Source of the DNA: Ignavibacteriota bacterium
GTDB lineage: Bacteria; Bacteroidota; Ignavibacteria; UBA10030; CAVZMI01
Assembly (NCBI GenBank): GCA_963776275.1
Contig: CAVZMI010000014.1
Coordinates: forward strand, 115,083-179,082
Reading direction: 5' to 3'
DNA length: 64,000 nucleotides
The position numbers were made by a program, and so were the translations under genes. The notes beneath the pieces are model-generated. The model was not told the DNA's origin. It worked only from the letters and a program-made list of their open reading frames with translations, and ran no database searches. How positions within the stretch are numbered: the first letter of the stretch is position 1; every line of letters begins with the position of its first letter. This document shows, piece by piece, positions 1-11,140 of the stretch.

Positions 1-699
1 GCTTCCACCTTCCTTCGTGATGATATTCACGATACCCGACATCGCCTGGCCGTATTCGGCATTGAACGTGCCGCTCACGACCTGAACTTCCTGAATGGCG
101 GAGTTTTCGACAGTCGTCCCCATCCGTCCGTCATAAACGTCGGTTGAGGATATGCCATCAACCCAGTAGGCGATTTCACCGGGTCTGCCGCCGCGCATAT
201 GCAGCCGCCCGTCGGACTCGATGATGCCGGCATTCAATCTAAGGACCTGTTGTAAATTCTGAACCGGCAGACTCTCAATCTGGTCGGCTGTAGTCGTCGA
301 AAGGGATCCAGTCATATCTTTCACGATAAGTTTTCTTTCAGCTGTCACGATGACGGCTTCAAGTTCCACAGCCATTGGATGTAATTCGGTTAATAGTCGT
401 GTCGTTAAGTCGATGTTCACCCGGACGTTCTCGTATTGCACCTGCCGGTATCCGATCATTGTTACCGTAACTGTATAAGTTCCAGGTGGGATGTTCAGGA
501 TCATAAAATTCCCATCGACATCGCTCGATGTGCCCATCCTGGTACCTTTCAGGAGGACATTCGCAGCAATCAGGGGTTCCCCGGTAGAAGCATCGGTGAT
601 TCTTCCCGATATCTTTCCGGTCGTGCCCGCAAACAACGCCGTTGCACCCGCCGCAAGCATCAGCAGTGCAAAGAGAAGGATCGAAGTTTTCACATTCAT
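1..699 (-). CDS. TonB-dependent receptor, N-terminal part (runs off the window start)
   Basis: Not in the ORF track; read by hand on the minus strand from ATG at 699: MNVKTSILLFALLMLAAGATALFAGTTGKISGRITDASTGEPLIAANVLLKGT...GTYTVTVTMIGY...LHMRGGRPGEIAYWVDG...IQEVQVVSGTFNAEYGQAMSGIVNIITKEG. This is a signal peptide, a carboxypeptidase-regulatory-like domain and a TBDR plug. Confidence 0.92.
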   Translation of the reverse strand, partial: MNVKTSILLFALLMLAAGATALFAGTTGKISGRITDASTGEPLIAANVLLKGTRMGTSSDVDGNFMILNIPPGTYTVTVTMIGYRQVQYENVRVNIDLTTRLLTELHPMAVELEAVIVTAERKLIVKDMTGSLSTTTADQIESLPVQNLQQVLRLNAGIIESDGRLHMRGGRPGEIAYWVDGISSTDVYDGRMGTTVENSAIQEVQVVSGTFNAEYGQAMSGIVNIITKEGGS

Positions 700-757
700 A
701 GCAGTTACCTTAATTTTGTCTGAGTGATTCTATTATTATAGTGCAGTTATGACACGC

Positions 758-2249
758 TTACAGATTTAGAAGCTTTCGTAACAATGCGTCGAGCTTCTGT
801 GTGGAGATAAACAAAGGGAATTCCGGAACAACTACCGGGTATGGCACACCCTGCCTGTAGGCGAATAAATCGATATTTGTCAATGTTATTTTCGCCAGAA
901 CAGCCCGGTTTATAACAATTCTATTGCTGTATTTCATTTGCAGGTTTTGAAGATACGAGGTCCAGAATTGACGTACTCCTTCCCTGTCGTCGGCATTGAT
1001 TTTCCCGTCTTTCAGGGTGGATTCGATAATACGCTTTTGCTCGTCCTGCGCGAGTAATGCATCCTTCCACATTTCGACCGTCCGGAGGAACGTCGTCCGA
1101 TGCATCAAGCGATCTTTCATAGGATTCCAGAGTCAGATAATGATCGCGTACCATGTCGACGACAGCGAGCTTGAATTCCCGTTTGAAGTTCATGCTGTCC
1201 AAAGCAGTCGTCCGGAATACCAGCGGATGCGAAAGAATCTCCTTCCGAAAATCCCCGACACTCCAGGTCTTCTTGTCGATGGTGAAAAATGGAGCCCCGA
1301 GGTCGATTTCCTCCGCCGGAATCGGGAGTTCCCTCATCGTAATATGCAGAGAATCGCTTTGCTTTATCCGCACATAGTGTGTGAAGGCGAAGTCGGAGAG
1401 GGCGTTGAATGTCGCTTTATTGAATTCGATTTTTTTCCCTTTCATCAGATCGGCCTGATATGATGCCCATAATTTCCGGGCTTTCGACTGACGAAGAAAA
1501 TCCCTGACCTCGGCCCATCTCATACGCTGATCGTCACCGCTTACGATCGGATAGTCCACACGGTTCACCACCCGCATCACAATGTATCCGCCTGTCCTAA
1601 GTCTCAGCGGGCCTATAACCGCTCCGGTATCGAGAGGTGCGCTGAACAACGATTCATGAATCGCATCATCATCGGGATCTTTGAATCGCACCTTTCGGAT
1701 CGGTTTTTTTCCCGCCGCCGTCTCAAGTTCTCTGAAAACTTCATCGGATAATTCGGGCGCATTCTCAAAGATTTCCGTAATTCGCCGGGCGAGATCCTGA
1801 TCGCTCAACATATAGAATTCCACCTCGTACTCCCTTTGTGATAGCGTGTAGGCTTTTTTCACTTCGGAGGTATCGAGCCGGACGTTCTGCATACCTACTT
1901 CATCCTGAAGTTTATCGCGCATCGACTGTTCTTTGATGCCTTTGAGCGCGGCTTGAAATAGGGGATTGTTAGGCAACGAGCTTGTTTGCCGGGCTTCGAG
2001 TGAAAGAATTTTTTCCGAGATCAGATTGTCGAGCGCGGCATTTTTATCCTTAAAGTTGTCGGGGCGGATTGTCAGTTCGGTTCGCAGCTTGAATTCTCTC
2101 ACCGACAGCACCTTGTCGGCGATGCGGGCAAGGATTGTGCTGTCCGACTGGCTCAGGGCGTCAGTTGCGCAAAAAAGGAACGCCTGGCCGATCCAGAGGA
2201 ACACACGGAATTTGCCGGTACGGGTAAAAGTCATACCTATTCTCTTCAC
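758..2249 (-). CDS. SurA/peptidyl-prolyl isomerase-like exported protein (frameshift near 1085)
   Basis: ORFs 921..2249 and 758..1120 join by removing one base near 1085 (..DDV/LRTVEMWKD..). It has a signal-like N-terminus, ILARIADKVLSVREF..LDNLISEKILSLEA (SurA N-terminal-like) and GAVIGPLRLRTGGYIVMRV (parvulin-like tail). Confidence 0.6.
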
Positions 2250-2571
2250 TCCGGTCTTTCGCTTTATGCGAATAAAAAATTGCCTTTTGGGGATTAACTG
2301 TAGTTACCTGAATAATAAATACATAGATGTTCAAATAGTAGCCATTTTGTGCCATTAATTAACCAAATAGCGTACGGGCGAAATTTTAGATTGTTTTATA
2401 TAATGTACAAAAGCTATTCCATTTTTGCCACCATAAAGGAGGAGGTATATTTTCAGGAGACGCTTTCAAACGAGAGAAGAAGCTCGTCGAATATTTTTTA
2501 GATACCTGGGAATTTTTTTGGGGGGAGTCGGCGGCACGCGTCTCTCGGTTTAAAAAAATCACCAGTTGTAA

Positions 2572-2601
2572 TTGAACGGCAATAAAATATATTGTTATGA
2601 T
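2572..2601 (+). promoter_or_regulatory. Possible sigma70 promoter for the glycoside hydrolase cluster
   Basis: TTGAAC-18 nt-TATGAT with an extended -10 TG, in the AT-rich divergent intergenic region. Confidence 0.3.
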
Positions 2602-2830
2602 TCACAGTCAATTTTTTGCGTTAAGCTCCACGTGAGGTATGATGAACGGAATTATTTTTTCCTGAGTAATGCGACTACTATTTCAAATTATAGAGATAAT
2701 GGAGAATAAACTAAAGTTATTGAATAGAGCAAGAGGCTCTCTTAAGCCGGGGGTACTGCTATAACCTTCAAGTCGGCAGATTCAATGAAGCTAAAAAAAG
2801 TTATATTTCTCATATTTTAAAAGGACATTC

Positions 2831-4375
2831 GTGATGAAACACATAAGGCAACGAAGAAGTGTTCGGACCTGCATTAGGGGCGTGGTGAGTGTTGTGCTTT
2901 TGCATGGTATGGCGTTCTTTCCGCAGATCCACGCTCAAGGGACTAATGATGCAGTTCTTTATTTAGACAGTATTAAGCAGGTCATCAGAGGATTCGGTGC
3001 GGCAAATATACTTCCCTGGCGTCCTGATATGACAATGGATGAAATAGAGAAAGCTTTTGGTACCGAGACAGGTCAAATCGGATTTACAATACTGCGTCTC
3101 CGTGTCCCACACCAGACAAATGAATTTGGACTCAATATTCCTACCGCTCAATTGGCCAGCTCAATGGGAGTGACAATTATTGCGTCACCCTGGACACCAC
3201 CTTACTGGATGAAAACGAGTAAAAGCATAGTAGGTGGCAAACTATACGATACTTCATACGCTTCCTATGCAGCCCATTTGAAATCTTTTGCCGATTATAT
3301 GTCAAATAACGACGCACCATTGCATGCCATCTCGGTTCAAAACGAACCTGACATTTCGGTAACTTATGAATCGTGTGATTGGACTGCCTCAGAAATGCTC
3401 AGATTTGTGAAAGAAAATGCACCGTCTATTGGTACGAATATCATCGTTCCCGAGTCGTTTCATTTCGACCATGCCTTATCCGATCCTATACTCAATGATT
3501 CTGTCGCTGCTGCAAATGTTTCAATAATAGGAGGACATATTTATGGAGGAGGGCTTGGCAGCTATCCCCTCGCTGCCAGCAAAGGGAAAGAATTGTGGAT
3601 GACAGAATATCTGAATGTTGATACATCCTGGACAGCCGTTCTTGCTACCGGCAGCCAAATTAATGATTGTATGAATGTCGGTATGAACGCTTATGTCTGG
3701 TGGTATATTGTAAGATTTTACGGACCGATTAATGAAAATGGAAACGTAACAAAACGCGGTTATGTGATGTCGCAATATGCAAGATTTATCCGTCCCGGAT
3801 TTGTACGAGTCTTGGCTACAATACCTCCGCGGAGATTGCTCACTATAACGGCATATAAAAGCGATTCTAAATTAATCATCGTAGTTGTGAATTCAGGTTC
3901 GTCTTCAATAGAACAAACGTTTAGAATACAGAACCTTTCAGGCGGAACTGCGGTCTTTACGCCATATGTTACCTCCCAGACCAAAAATTGCGCTCAGGAG
4001 AGTGATATTACGCTATTAAATGGTAGTTTTACCACTACGCTCGATGGATCGAGTATAACAACTTTTGTGGCTGAAGATATTTCAAGTGTAGGTGATATCT
4101 CTGTGGTTCCACAAACGATCACGCTATCTCAGAACTATCCGAATCCGTTCAACCCGACGACCCGGATTGCCTACACTATTCCTCAGACCGGGTATGTCTC
4201 GCTCAAAGTTTACAATCTCCTCGGCCAAGAGGTGGCAACACTGTTTGAAGGCACTTGTCATCCGGGCCGATATGAAGCTACGTTCGACGCCGCCGGACTT
4301 GCGAGTGGTGTGTATTTCTACCGGCTGAGCGCCGGGCATTTCGCCGAAACGAAGAAACTCTTGTTACTTAGATGA
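2831..4375 (+). CDS. GH30 (GH30_8-like) glucuronoxylanase with T9SS type-A C-terminal domain
   Basis: QVIRGFGAA, IIASPWTPP, SVQNEPD (acid/base), LWMTEY (nucleophile), AYVWWYI..YGP, KRGYVMSQYARFIRPG; C-terminal LSQNYPNPFNPTT..SGVYFYRL. Confidence 0.9.
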   Translation: MMKHIRQRRSVRTCIRGVVSVVLLHGMAFFPQIHAQGTNDAVLYLDSIKQVIRGFGAANILPWRPDMTMDEIEKAFGTETGQIGFTILRLRVPHQTNEFGLNIPTAQLASSMGVTIIASPWTPPYWMKTSKSIVGGKLYDTSYASYAAHLKSFADYMSNNDAPLHAISVQNEPDISVTYESCDWTASEMLRFVKENAPSIGTNIIVPESFHFDHALSDPILNDSVAAANVSIIGGHIYGGGLGSYPLAASKGKELWMTEYLNVDTSWTAVLATGSQINDCMNVGMNAYVWWYIVRFYGPINENGNVTKRGYVMSQYARFIRPGFVRVLATIPPRRLLTITAYKSDSKLIIVVVNSGSSSIEQTFRIQNLSGGTAVFTPYVTSQTKNCAQESDITLLNGSFTTTLDGSSITTFVAEDISSVGDISVVPQTITLSQNYPNPFNPTTRIAYTIPQTGYVSLKVYNLLGQEVATLFEGTCHPGRYEATFDAAGLASGVYFYRLSAGHFAETKKLLLLR

Positions 4376-4669
4376 AAAGATAACTTGATATGATAAATAA
4401 AATTATATTTCCGTTACTTGTATTAATTTCATTGAACCTTACTGCGGGTTGAACCGAGAAAAATTATCCTGATACATGTTCCTCACTTGCGCTATTTGGT
4501 TAATTAATAGTCTTAAATGGCTACTATCTGAACATCCCTGTATTTATCATTCATGATGAGATGAATGAGTAATTGCTGCCGCTTTACTCTGAAATCATTA
4601 ACGCTCGTGAAGTGATTTTACTTCATTAATAAAATCTTTTATTCTATATGTAATGGAGCCCGCTGATAA

Positions 4670-6952
4670 ATGAACAGAATTTTTACGTTACTGCTTTTTT
4701 GCGTTATAGCGTACAGCTATAGTCTCTGTCAATCTCCCTCGTTCGATACATTTACAAATCCGGTCATTCCGGGTGATCATCCTGATTGTACGTTGACAAA
4801 AATCGGGAACGATTTTTATACAACCGGATCGTCGTTCAATCCGACGCCGGTGATTTATCACTCGACAGATCTGGTCCATTGGGAAGCCATTGCGCAGCCG
4901 GTGAGCGCTGCATGGTCAAATTATGGCGACGCACCTGGAGGAGGATGCTGGGGAGGACAGATAGTATACTACAATAATAAATATTGGGATTTTTTCGGAA
5001 GAGCTTTTGTCATGTACTTTGTCACTGCAGATGCACCAGAAGGGCCATGGAGTACGCCAACTCTCATGAATGTCCCGCCACCTGTTCCTGGTTTTGGTGC
5101 CGATAATTCTATCTTCATTGATGACGACGGAAAATGGTACCTCCTGGTAAAAAACGGACGGGAAAACAACTGGATAGTGGAACTTGGAAGTAATGGCCAG
5201 CCGCAGGGAGCTATTTACGATTTACGATGGCTCAATCCTGCCCCTTCGTATCCATATAGCTGGGCTGAAGGTCCGGTAATGTGGAAACACAATGACTACT
5301 ATTATTATTCTTTTGCGCGCGATGTTGGCGGCGGGCAAAAAGTTTTTCGAAGTACTACGCTGACCGACGATAAAAATTCGTGGGAAAACCTTGGTGATTT
5401 CTTTAATGAAAGTGATCCGTTGAAATATCAATCATTATTTCAAAACCCGAACCACAGTTCTGCCGCTATAGAACTGGACGATGGTACAAGCTGGGTTGTT
5501 CATCCTGTATGGCGTAGGGGAGTGTCGAATGAATGGCTGGGTCAGGGCAGGCAGGGATTGCTCAACCAGGTTATTTATGATGCTAATGATAAACCAATAG
5601 CCGATTATCCTGTGAACCAGCCGAAGGATGCTCCGAAATTGCCAAGCAGCGGCATTCCATGGATGGTGCCTCATTCGGATTTTTTTGATTCCGTCAAAGT
5701 AAATCCCGAGTGGTCATTTTTGGGATATACCCCTAATAATACCTATTCGCTGACCGATCGTCCCGGTTGGCTGCGTTTGTCACCGAAGAGTAGTTCAAAA
5801 GCCAATACTGTTATCAAGAATGATGGAGAGCATAATTACTCATTAATAACCCGTCTCGAATTCGATGCGATGTCAAAAAATGATGAAGCAGGGCTTCGAA
5901 TTATAAGAGGGGATGCAACAAAATATGTCAAACTGGCCAGTTCACTGAATGCGGATGGAAAGAGAATCATTTTTTTTAGTTTTGAAAATACAAGGTATGA
6001 GGTTGAAAACAGCGTTGGTGATACTCTGTGGCTCAGAATGATTAGGGTCAACCATAAAATAGGCGGGTATTATAGCAGCAATGGCAATGACTGGGTAAAA
6101 GTCGGTCAAGACGTCGACATTAGTTCGATAGACTCATATACAGATCCTGGCTACCAAGTTTGGGAAGGAACCAGACAAGGTTTATATGTTCAGGGAAGTG
6201 CAGCCTTTTTCGATCTTTACATTTATCGCGATGCACATACACCTATTCTGGCAGAATGCCCTGCAAACCAGCTCGGTACCACGAGAGCGGTTAAAAGTCA
6301 GGATGTCACGGTTCTCGATAATATACATGCGAACGACTGGGCGCTGTATGCCGGGGTGGAATTCGGCTCCAACGATTATCCGATAAAGAACGATTCGCTG
6401 ATCGTTACCGCTTCATCTGTTGCATCGGGAAATGCCGTCGAAGTGTGGCTCGACTCGCTCGATACCGGCACGAAAATCGGCGAGTGCACTATCGGCAATA
6501 CGGGTTCACTGAATACATTCAAAACGTTCACCGCCGGTGTATCGTCTCCCGTTTACGGAAAGCACGATGTGTATCTGAAATTTACCGGAACGGGAACGGA
6601 CAAACTGTTCCAGCTCCGAACATTCTATTTTTCGGATACGACGTATTCCAGTACTTCGATCGGAGAGTTGCCCTCAAACGGGACGCCCAAATCATTTTAT
6701 CTCGGACAGAACTATCCCAATCCTTTCAATCCGTCGACAACAATTCAATTCTCTATCCCGAGAAATTCGTTTGTGACTCTGCGATTGTTCGACGCGCTGG
6801 GGAAGCACGTCAACGATCTGGTGTCGGAGAAGCTTCAAGCGGGTGACTATCGTATTCAATGGAACGCTCAGAATTTGGCCAGCGGAGTGTATTTCTATCG
6901 GTTGATGGCCGGTAATTTTTCCGAGACCAAGAAGACAGTGTTGATGAAGTGA
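4670..6952 (+). CDS. GH43 xylosidase/arabinofuranosidase + beta-sandwich + CBM6-like domain + T9SS CTD
   Basis: NPVIPGDHPDCT, YHSTDLVHW, ADNSIFIDDDG, WAEGP; C-terminal SDFFD..WSFLG..RPGWLRL; CBM6-like WALYAGVEFG..VEVWLDS..GKHDVYLKF; QNYPNPFNP. Confidence 0.88.
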   Translation: MNRIFTLLLFCVIAYSYSLCQSPSFDTFTNPVIPGDHPDCTLTKIGNDFYTTGSSFNPTPVIYHSTDLVHWEAIAQPVSAAWSNYGDAPGGGCWGGQIVYYNNKYWDFFGRAFVMYFVTADAPEGPWSTPTLMNVPPPVPGFGADNSIFIDDDGKWYLLVKNGRENNWIVELGSNGQPQGAIYDLRWLNPAPSYPYSWAEGPVMWKHNDYYYYSFARDVGGGQKVFRSTTLTDDKNSWENLGDFFNESDPLKYQSLFQNPNHSSAAIELDDGTSWVVHPVWRRGVSNEWLGQGRQGLLNQVIYDANDKPIADYPVNQPKDAPKLPSSGIPWMVPHSDFFDSVKVNPEWSFLGYTPNNTYSLTDRPGWLRLSPKSSSKANTVIKNDGEHNYSLITRLEFDAMSKNDEAGLRIIRGDATKYVKLASSLNADGKRIIFFSFENTRYEVENSVGDTLWLRMIRVNHKIGGYYSSNGNDWVKVGQDVDISSIDSYTDPGYQVWEGTRQGLYVQGSAAFFDLYIYRDAHTPILAECPANQLGTTRAVKSQDVTVLDNIHANDWALYAGVEFGSNDYPIKNDSLIVTASSVASGNAVEVWLDSLDTGTKIGECTIGNTGSLNTFKTFTAGVSSPVYGKHDVYLKFTGTGTDKLFQLRTFYFSDTTYSSTSIGELPSNGTPKSFYLGQNYPNPFNPSTTIQFSIPRNSFVTLRLFDALGKHVNDLVSEKLQAGDYRIQWNAQNLASGVYFYRLMAGNFSETKKTVLMK

Positions 6953-7116
6953 TATTCTTTCAATCCATGGAGTTGGCGCACCGGTAGGACGGACGTTCCC
7001 GAGGCGCCTGTATACAACAGAATAGATAAGAGTGCACATCGAGGCAGTCTCCAAAGAAATTATTCCTTCGAACTATATGTTCAATACCCTCGAGATATAA
7101 CGAAATAGGAGGAGAG

Positions 7117-10100
7117 ATGAAAAAGGTCACTGGAAGAATAGTATGTCGATCAGCTTCTTTCATGTTTCTCGTCAGCGTCATTATGTATGCGCAGCCTTCG
7201 CAATCTCCGAGAACATTCTGCAATCCCATGAACCTCAGTTATCGGTTCATGGTGGATGCCGTTGACGCACGTGAAGCGGCAGATCCGGTAGTGGTATTAT
7301 TCAAGGACGATTACTATCTGTTCGCATCGCGCTCAGGAGGATATTGGTGGTCAAGCGATATGCACAACTGGACATTTGTGATTCCCAGCGGCTTGACCAT
7401 CATAGAAGATTACGCTCCCGGTCTGGTAGTTATGAGAGATACTCTGTTTTATATAGGGGGCGCCGGTGGTCAGGTGTTTAAATCCGCAGACCCGAAATCG
7501 GGTAAGTGGACAATCGGAAGCAGCATTAAAGCCTACGGCGATCCCGCCCTCCTCCTCGATGATGACGGAAAACTTTATATGTACTACGGCGTTTCAAATG
7601 TGAATCCCATCAGTGTGGTTGAACTTGATCCGTATTCATTCAGTGAAATCGGTGCCCCGGTCACTCTATTTGGTTCACACGCGTCTTCTTACGGCTGGGA
7701 ACGACGCGGCGATGATAATCTTCTGGATGAACAGCCGTGGATTGAAGGATCCTGGATGGTCAAGTATGACAATAAGTATTACCTCCACTACTCAGCTCCT
7801 GGAACTGAATTTAAAACCTACGCACATGGTATCTATGTTTCGGATTCACCCAAAGGACCGTTTCAATATGCCGACTACAGTCCTTTTTCATTTAAACCCA
7901 CCGGATTCATTTGCGGTGCAGGGCATGGATGCACGTTCAGGGATAAGAACGACAACTATTGGTGCGTCGCAACAATGACCATCTCGGTCAAACATATGTT
8001 TGAACGCCGACTCGGATTGTTTCCAGTTTCATTCGATGCTGACGGACATATCAATTGCAATACTGTCTTTGCCGACTATCCACAATATCTCCCCGGAGAA
8101 AAAAACGATCCGGGAATTGATAATCGAACGGGCATGATGCTTTTATCCCGGAACAAATATGTTACCGCTTCATCCTCGCTGTCAAATCACGGGGTCAACT
8201 ATGCTGTCGACGAAGAAATCCGCACCTATTGGTCTGCTCAAACCGGCAATGCCAATGAATGGTTAATGGTCGATTTGGGAAAAGAGTGTGATATCGAAGC
8301 AGTGCAAATAAATCTTGCGGAAGAAGGAACAACACCGGAACTTGTGCGGGGCCGCACGAATCCCGTCTACGAACAGTATGTCCTGCAGATTTCTAGCGAT
8401 GGTACAAACTGGAACACACTTGTCGACAAAAGCGGCAACACGCAAGATGTGCCTCATGATTATATCGAACTTGTCCAGGCAACCAAAGCGCAGTATGTAA
8501 AACTCATAAATGTCTTTACACCAGGGAATGGGAAATTTGCTGTCCGCGACCTAAGAGTTTTCGGAAATTCAGGCAAAGCAGTCATCAACGATATTACGGG
8601 TATTACAGTCAACCGTAATGCTGCCGACGGAAGAGATGCCGTCATCCGCTGGTCACCTGTCGACAGTGCTGACGGTTATATTGTACGGTACGGAATTGCC
8701 CCGGATAAATTATATAACAATTATATCGTTTATGATGCCGATAGTATCTCAATTCACAGCTTAAATAAAAATGTTGAATATTTTTTCTCGGTGCAGTCCT
8801 TTGATAATGGTACCGATTACTACATTCCTACCGGAGAATTCAAATCATACAAATCGGGAAACTGGAATGAAACCGATACCTGGCAGAGGTTTAACGGTAC
8901 TCAATGGATTCATCCGGCCCCTGGTCTCCCCGCACTGACCGACGGACCCATCACGATTTGCGCAGGTCATACGGTCACGATTACCGCGAACGATTCGGCA
9001 AACCAGCTTGCGGCAGATTCGGGCTCGACTCTTATCGTCAATCCGGGAACAACGTTCAGAGTCGTCGACGGAATAGGAACCGACTTCACGGTCGCCGGGA
9101 CATTGAGGAATAACGGAATAATCAATGGCGGCCCGTCTTCAACATTGAGTTTTATCGACGGGGGAACGTACGTTCATGAACGGGACAGTGGTACGATCCC
9201 ATCCGCGGAATGGCGGACGGGATCGACGTGCCGGATCGAAGGTATTACGGTGAACGCTCCTTCCAACGGAAACCAGAATTTTTATAATGTCGTCTGGGAT
9301 TGCGTCAATCAGTCGGGAAATTCAAGCCTTCAATGGAACAATAACACTATCGGCGGTACCATCACAATAATCAACACGGGAACGGGAAGTTGGCAGATGT
9401 GCGAACCTTCTGCCGGCTCTTCGGTGAATGTTACATTGAACGGCGGTATCGTTCAATCCGGCGGCGCATTCACAACAAACGGGACAAACAATGCAGGCAC
9501 GTCGGTAACAATATCACAGCGCGGCAATATTGCCGTGACGGGAGGAAACTTTTCGATAAGCAGCGGATCACAGGGGGGAACGGGAACGGCAGTATGGAAC
9601 CTCGACGGGGATATGACTATCAGCAATGCCACCGTGCACAATTCAAATCCTGCCGGCGGAAAATTCGTTATTACCGGAACACATATTCACAGCCTCACGC
9701 TCGGAGAAGGCAATACGTTAACGTCCCTTCCGATAGAAGTAGCCGGCTGTGCAACATTGAGTCTGGGAACGAGTGAATTGGTGGGTTCTGGCTTTTTTAT
9801 ACTCGATACCGGAGCCACCGTGTTATCAGGACATCCCGACGGTATTAATGGCAATCTCAAAAATACCGGTACAAGAACTCTATACCCGGAAACTGGGTAC
9901 GGTTTCAACGGTACCGCCGCTCAGGTAACCGGAGATTTGATGCCCGATGTAGTCAGAAATTTAATGATGGATAACACCGCGGGAGTAACCCTCTCAAAAT
10001 CGGTAACCGTGAACGGTATGCTTGAGATTAAGAAGGCGGGCCTTTCTCTTGGAAGTTACACACTTGTCTTCGGCCCGGAAGCGACATTAAAGTATTCCGG

Positions 10101-11037
10101 CACAACGGCAATGAGTACCAGTAATGTCGAATTTCCCGCAACGGGAGGACCGAAGAACGTTTATATCGGTAACTCAAGCGCATCCGGAATCACGCTGCAT
10201 GCGCAGCGGACTATTAACGGTAATCTCCGTCTCTCAGGAAAATTCAGACTGTCAAACAATAATTTCACTGCGGCAACGGCAGACAGAGAAGGTATTACCG
10301 GCTTTGTCGTCACGAACGGCACCGGTTCTCTCGGCATCACGAATGTCGGGACGGAGAAGACCCTCTTTCCGCTCGGCTTATCTTTCTACGCACCGGTCTG
10401 GATCATCAACAACGGCGCGGTCGACGATGTATCGGCAAGAGTCGAATCCGCAACTCAATTGCTGCCCGACGGCGGTAGGGTTCGGGCAAAATGGACTTTG
10501 AGAGAAGGCACGGCCGGCGGCGGAAACTACACGGTGACATTCGGATGGATGACTCAGCTTGAGGACACAAAATTCACTCAGGACAGGAATGCGAATGCGG
10601 GCATTTTTCTATTCGCGTCGGATACTACCGAAGCGGGAACCGGCGGATACACAACGCAGTTCGATTCACCACCGTACACGATCTCACGCGGCGGAATAAC
10701 CACACTTGGTTCGTTCGGGGTTGGTAAGTTCGGCACTATCACAGTTGGCGTCAAGAATTCAGAAATGGTACCAACCGACTTCAGTGTGAGTCAAAACTAT
10801 CCTAATCCCTTTAATCCGGTAACTCGTATATCCTTCACTATCCCCGAAGATGTTCATGTTTCCTTGAAGGTTTTTAACGTCCTTGGAAAAGAAATTGCAA
10901 CTATCGTTGATCGGAATATGGAGAACGGCGAGCACACATATGAATGGAATGCATCTGATTTTTCTTCAGGTATTTACTTTTATAGGATAACTGCGGGAGA
11001 TTTTGTCCAGACTAAAAAGATGATATTGTTAAAATAG
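7117..11037 (+). CDS. Multimodular GH43 + F5/8 (CBM32-like) + FN3 + long Gly/Thr/Asn-rich beta region + T9SS CTD
   Basis: TFCNPMNLSY..EAADPVVV, YGDPALLLDDDG, WIEGSW, YSAPGTE, GAGHG; AVDEEIRTYWSA..WLMVDLG (discoidin); WSPVDSADGYIVRYG (FN3); QNYPNPFNP. Confidence 0.85.
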   Translation: MKKVTGRIVCRSASFMFLVSVIMYAQPSQSPRTFCNPMNLSYRFMVDAVDAREAADPVVVLFKDDYYLFASRSGGYWWSSDMHNWTFVIPSGLTIIEDYAPGLVVMRDTLFYIGGAGGQVFKSADPKSGKWTIGSSIKAYGDPALLLDDDGKLYMYYGVSNVNPISVVELDPYSFSEIGAPVTLFGSHASSYGWERRGDDNLLDEQPWIEGSWMVKYDNKYYLHYSAPGTEFKTYAHGIYVSDSPKGPFQYADYSPFSFKPTGFICGAGHGCTFRDKNDNYWCVATMTISVKHMFERRLGLFPVSFDADGHINCNTVFADYPQYLPGEKNDPGIDNRTGMMLLSRNKYVTASSSLSNHGVNYAVDEEIRTYWSAQTGNANEWLMVDLGKECDIEAVQINLAEEGTTPELVRGRTNPVYEQYVLQISSDGTNWNTLVDKSGNTQDVPHDYIELVQATKAQYVKLINVFTPGNGKFAVRDLRVFGNSGKAVINDITGITVNRNAADGRDAVIRWSPVDSADGYIVRYGIAPDKLYNNYIVYDADSISIHSLNKNVEYFFSVQSFDNGTDYYIPTGEFKSYKSGNWNETDTWQRFNGTQWIHPAPGLPALTDGPITICAGHTVTITANDSANQLAADSGSTLIVNPGTTFRVVDGIGTDFTVAGTLRNNGIINGGPSSTLSFIDGGTYVHERDSGTIPSAEWRTGSTCRIEGITVNAPSNGNQNFYNVVWDCVNQSGNSSLQWNNNTIGGTITIINTGTGSWQMCEPSAGSSVNVTLNGGIVQSGGAFTTNGTNNAGTSVTISQRGNIAVTGGNFSISSGSQGGTGTAVWNLDGDMTISNATVHNSNPAGGKFVITGTHIHSLTLGEGNTLTSLPIEVAGCATLSLGTSELVGSGFFILDTGATVLSGHPDGINGNLKNTGTRTLYPETGYGFNGTAAQVTGDLMPDVVRNLMMDNTAGVTLSKSVTVNGMLEIKKAGLSLGSYTLVFGPEATLKYSGTTAMSTSNVEFPATGGPKNVYIGNSSASGITLHAQRTINGNLRLSGKFRLSNNNFTAATADREGITGFVVTNGTGSLGITNVGTEKTLFPLGLSFYAPVWIINNGAVDDVSARVESATQLLPDGGRVRAKWTLREGTAGGGNYTVTFGWMTQLEDTKFTQDRNANAGIFLFASDTTEAGTGGYTTQFDSPPYTISRGGITTLGSFGVGKFGTITVGVKNSEMVPTDFSVSQNYPNPFNPVTRISFTIPEDVHVSLKVFNVLGKEIATIVDRNMENGEHTYEWNASDFSSGIYFYRITAGDFVQTKKMILLK

Positions 11038-11140
11038 TATCGTATTACAGAAACCTTAATTGAATTGTAATTGGCATTGAAGGTTATACATAATTAATGA
11101 AAACTCGAAAAAATAGAATTTTTAGAGGAGTTTAATAAAT

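Noticed and set aside
2511-2526. T8-G6 homopolymer run as a phase-variable promoter switch
   Set aside because: The tracts are short, not clearly between promoter boxes, and homopolymers are unreliable in this assembly.
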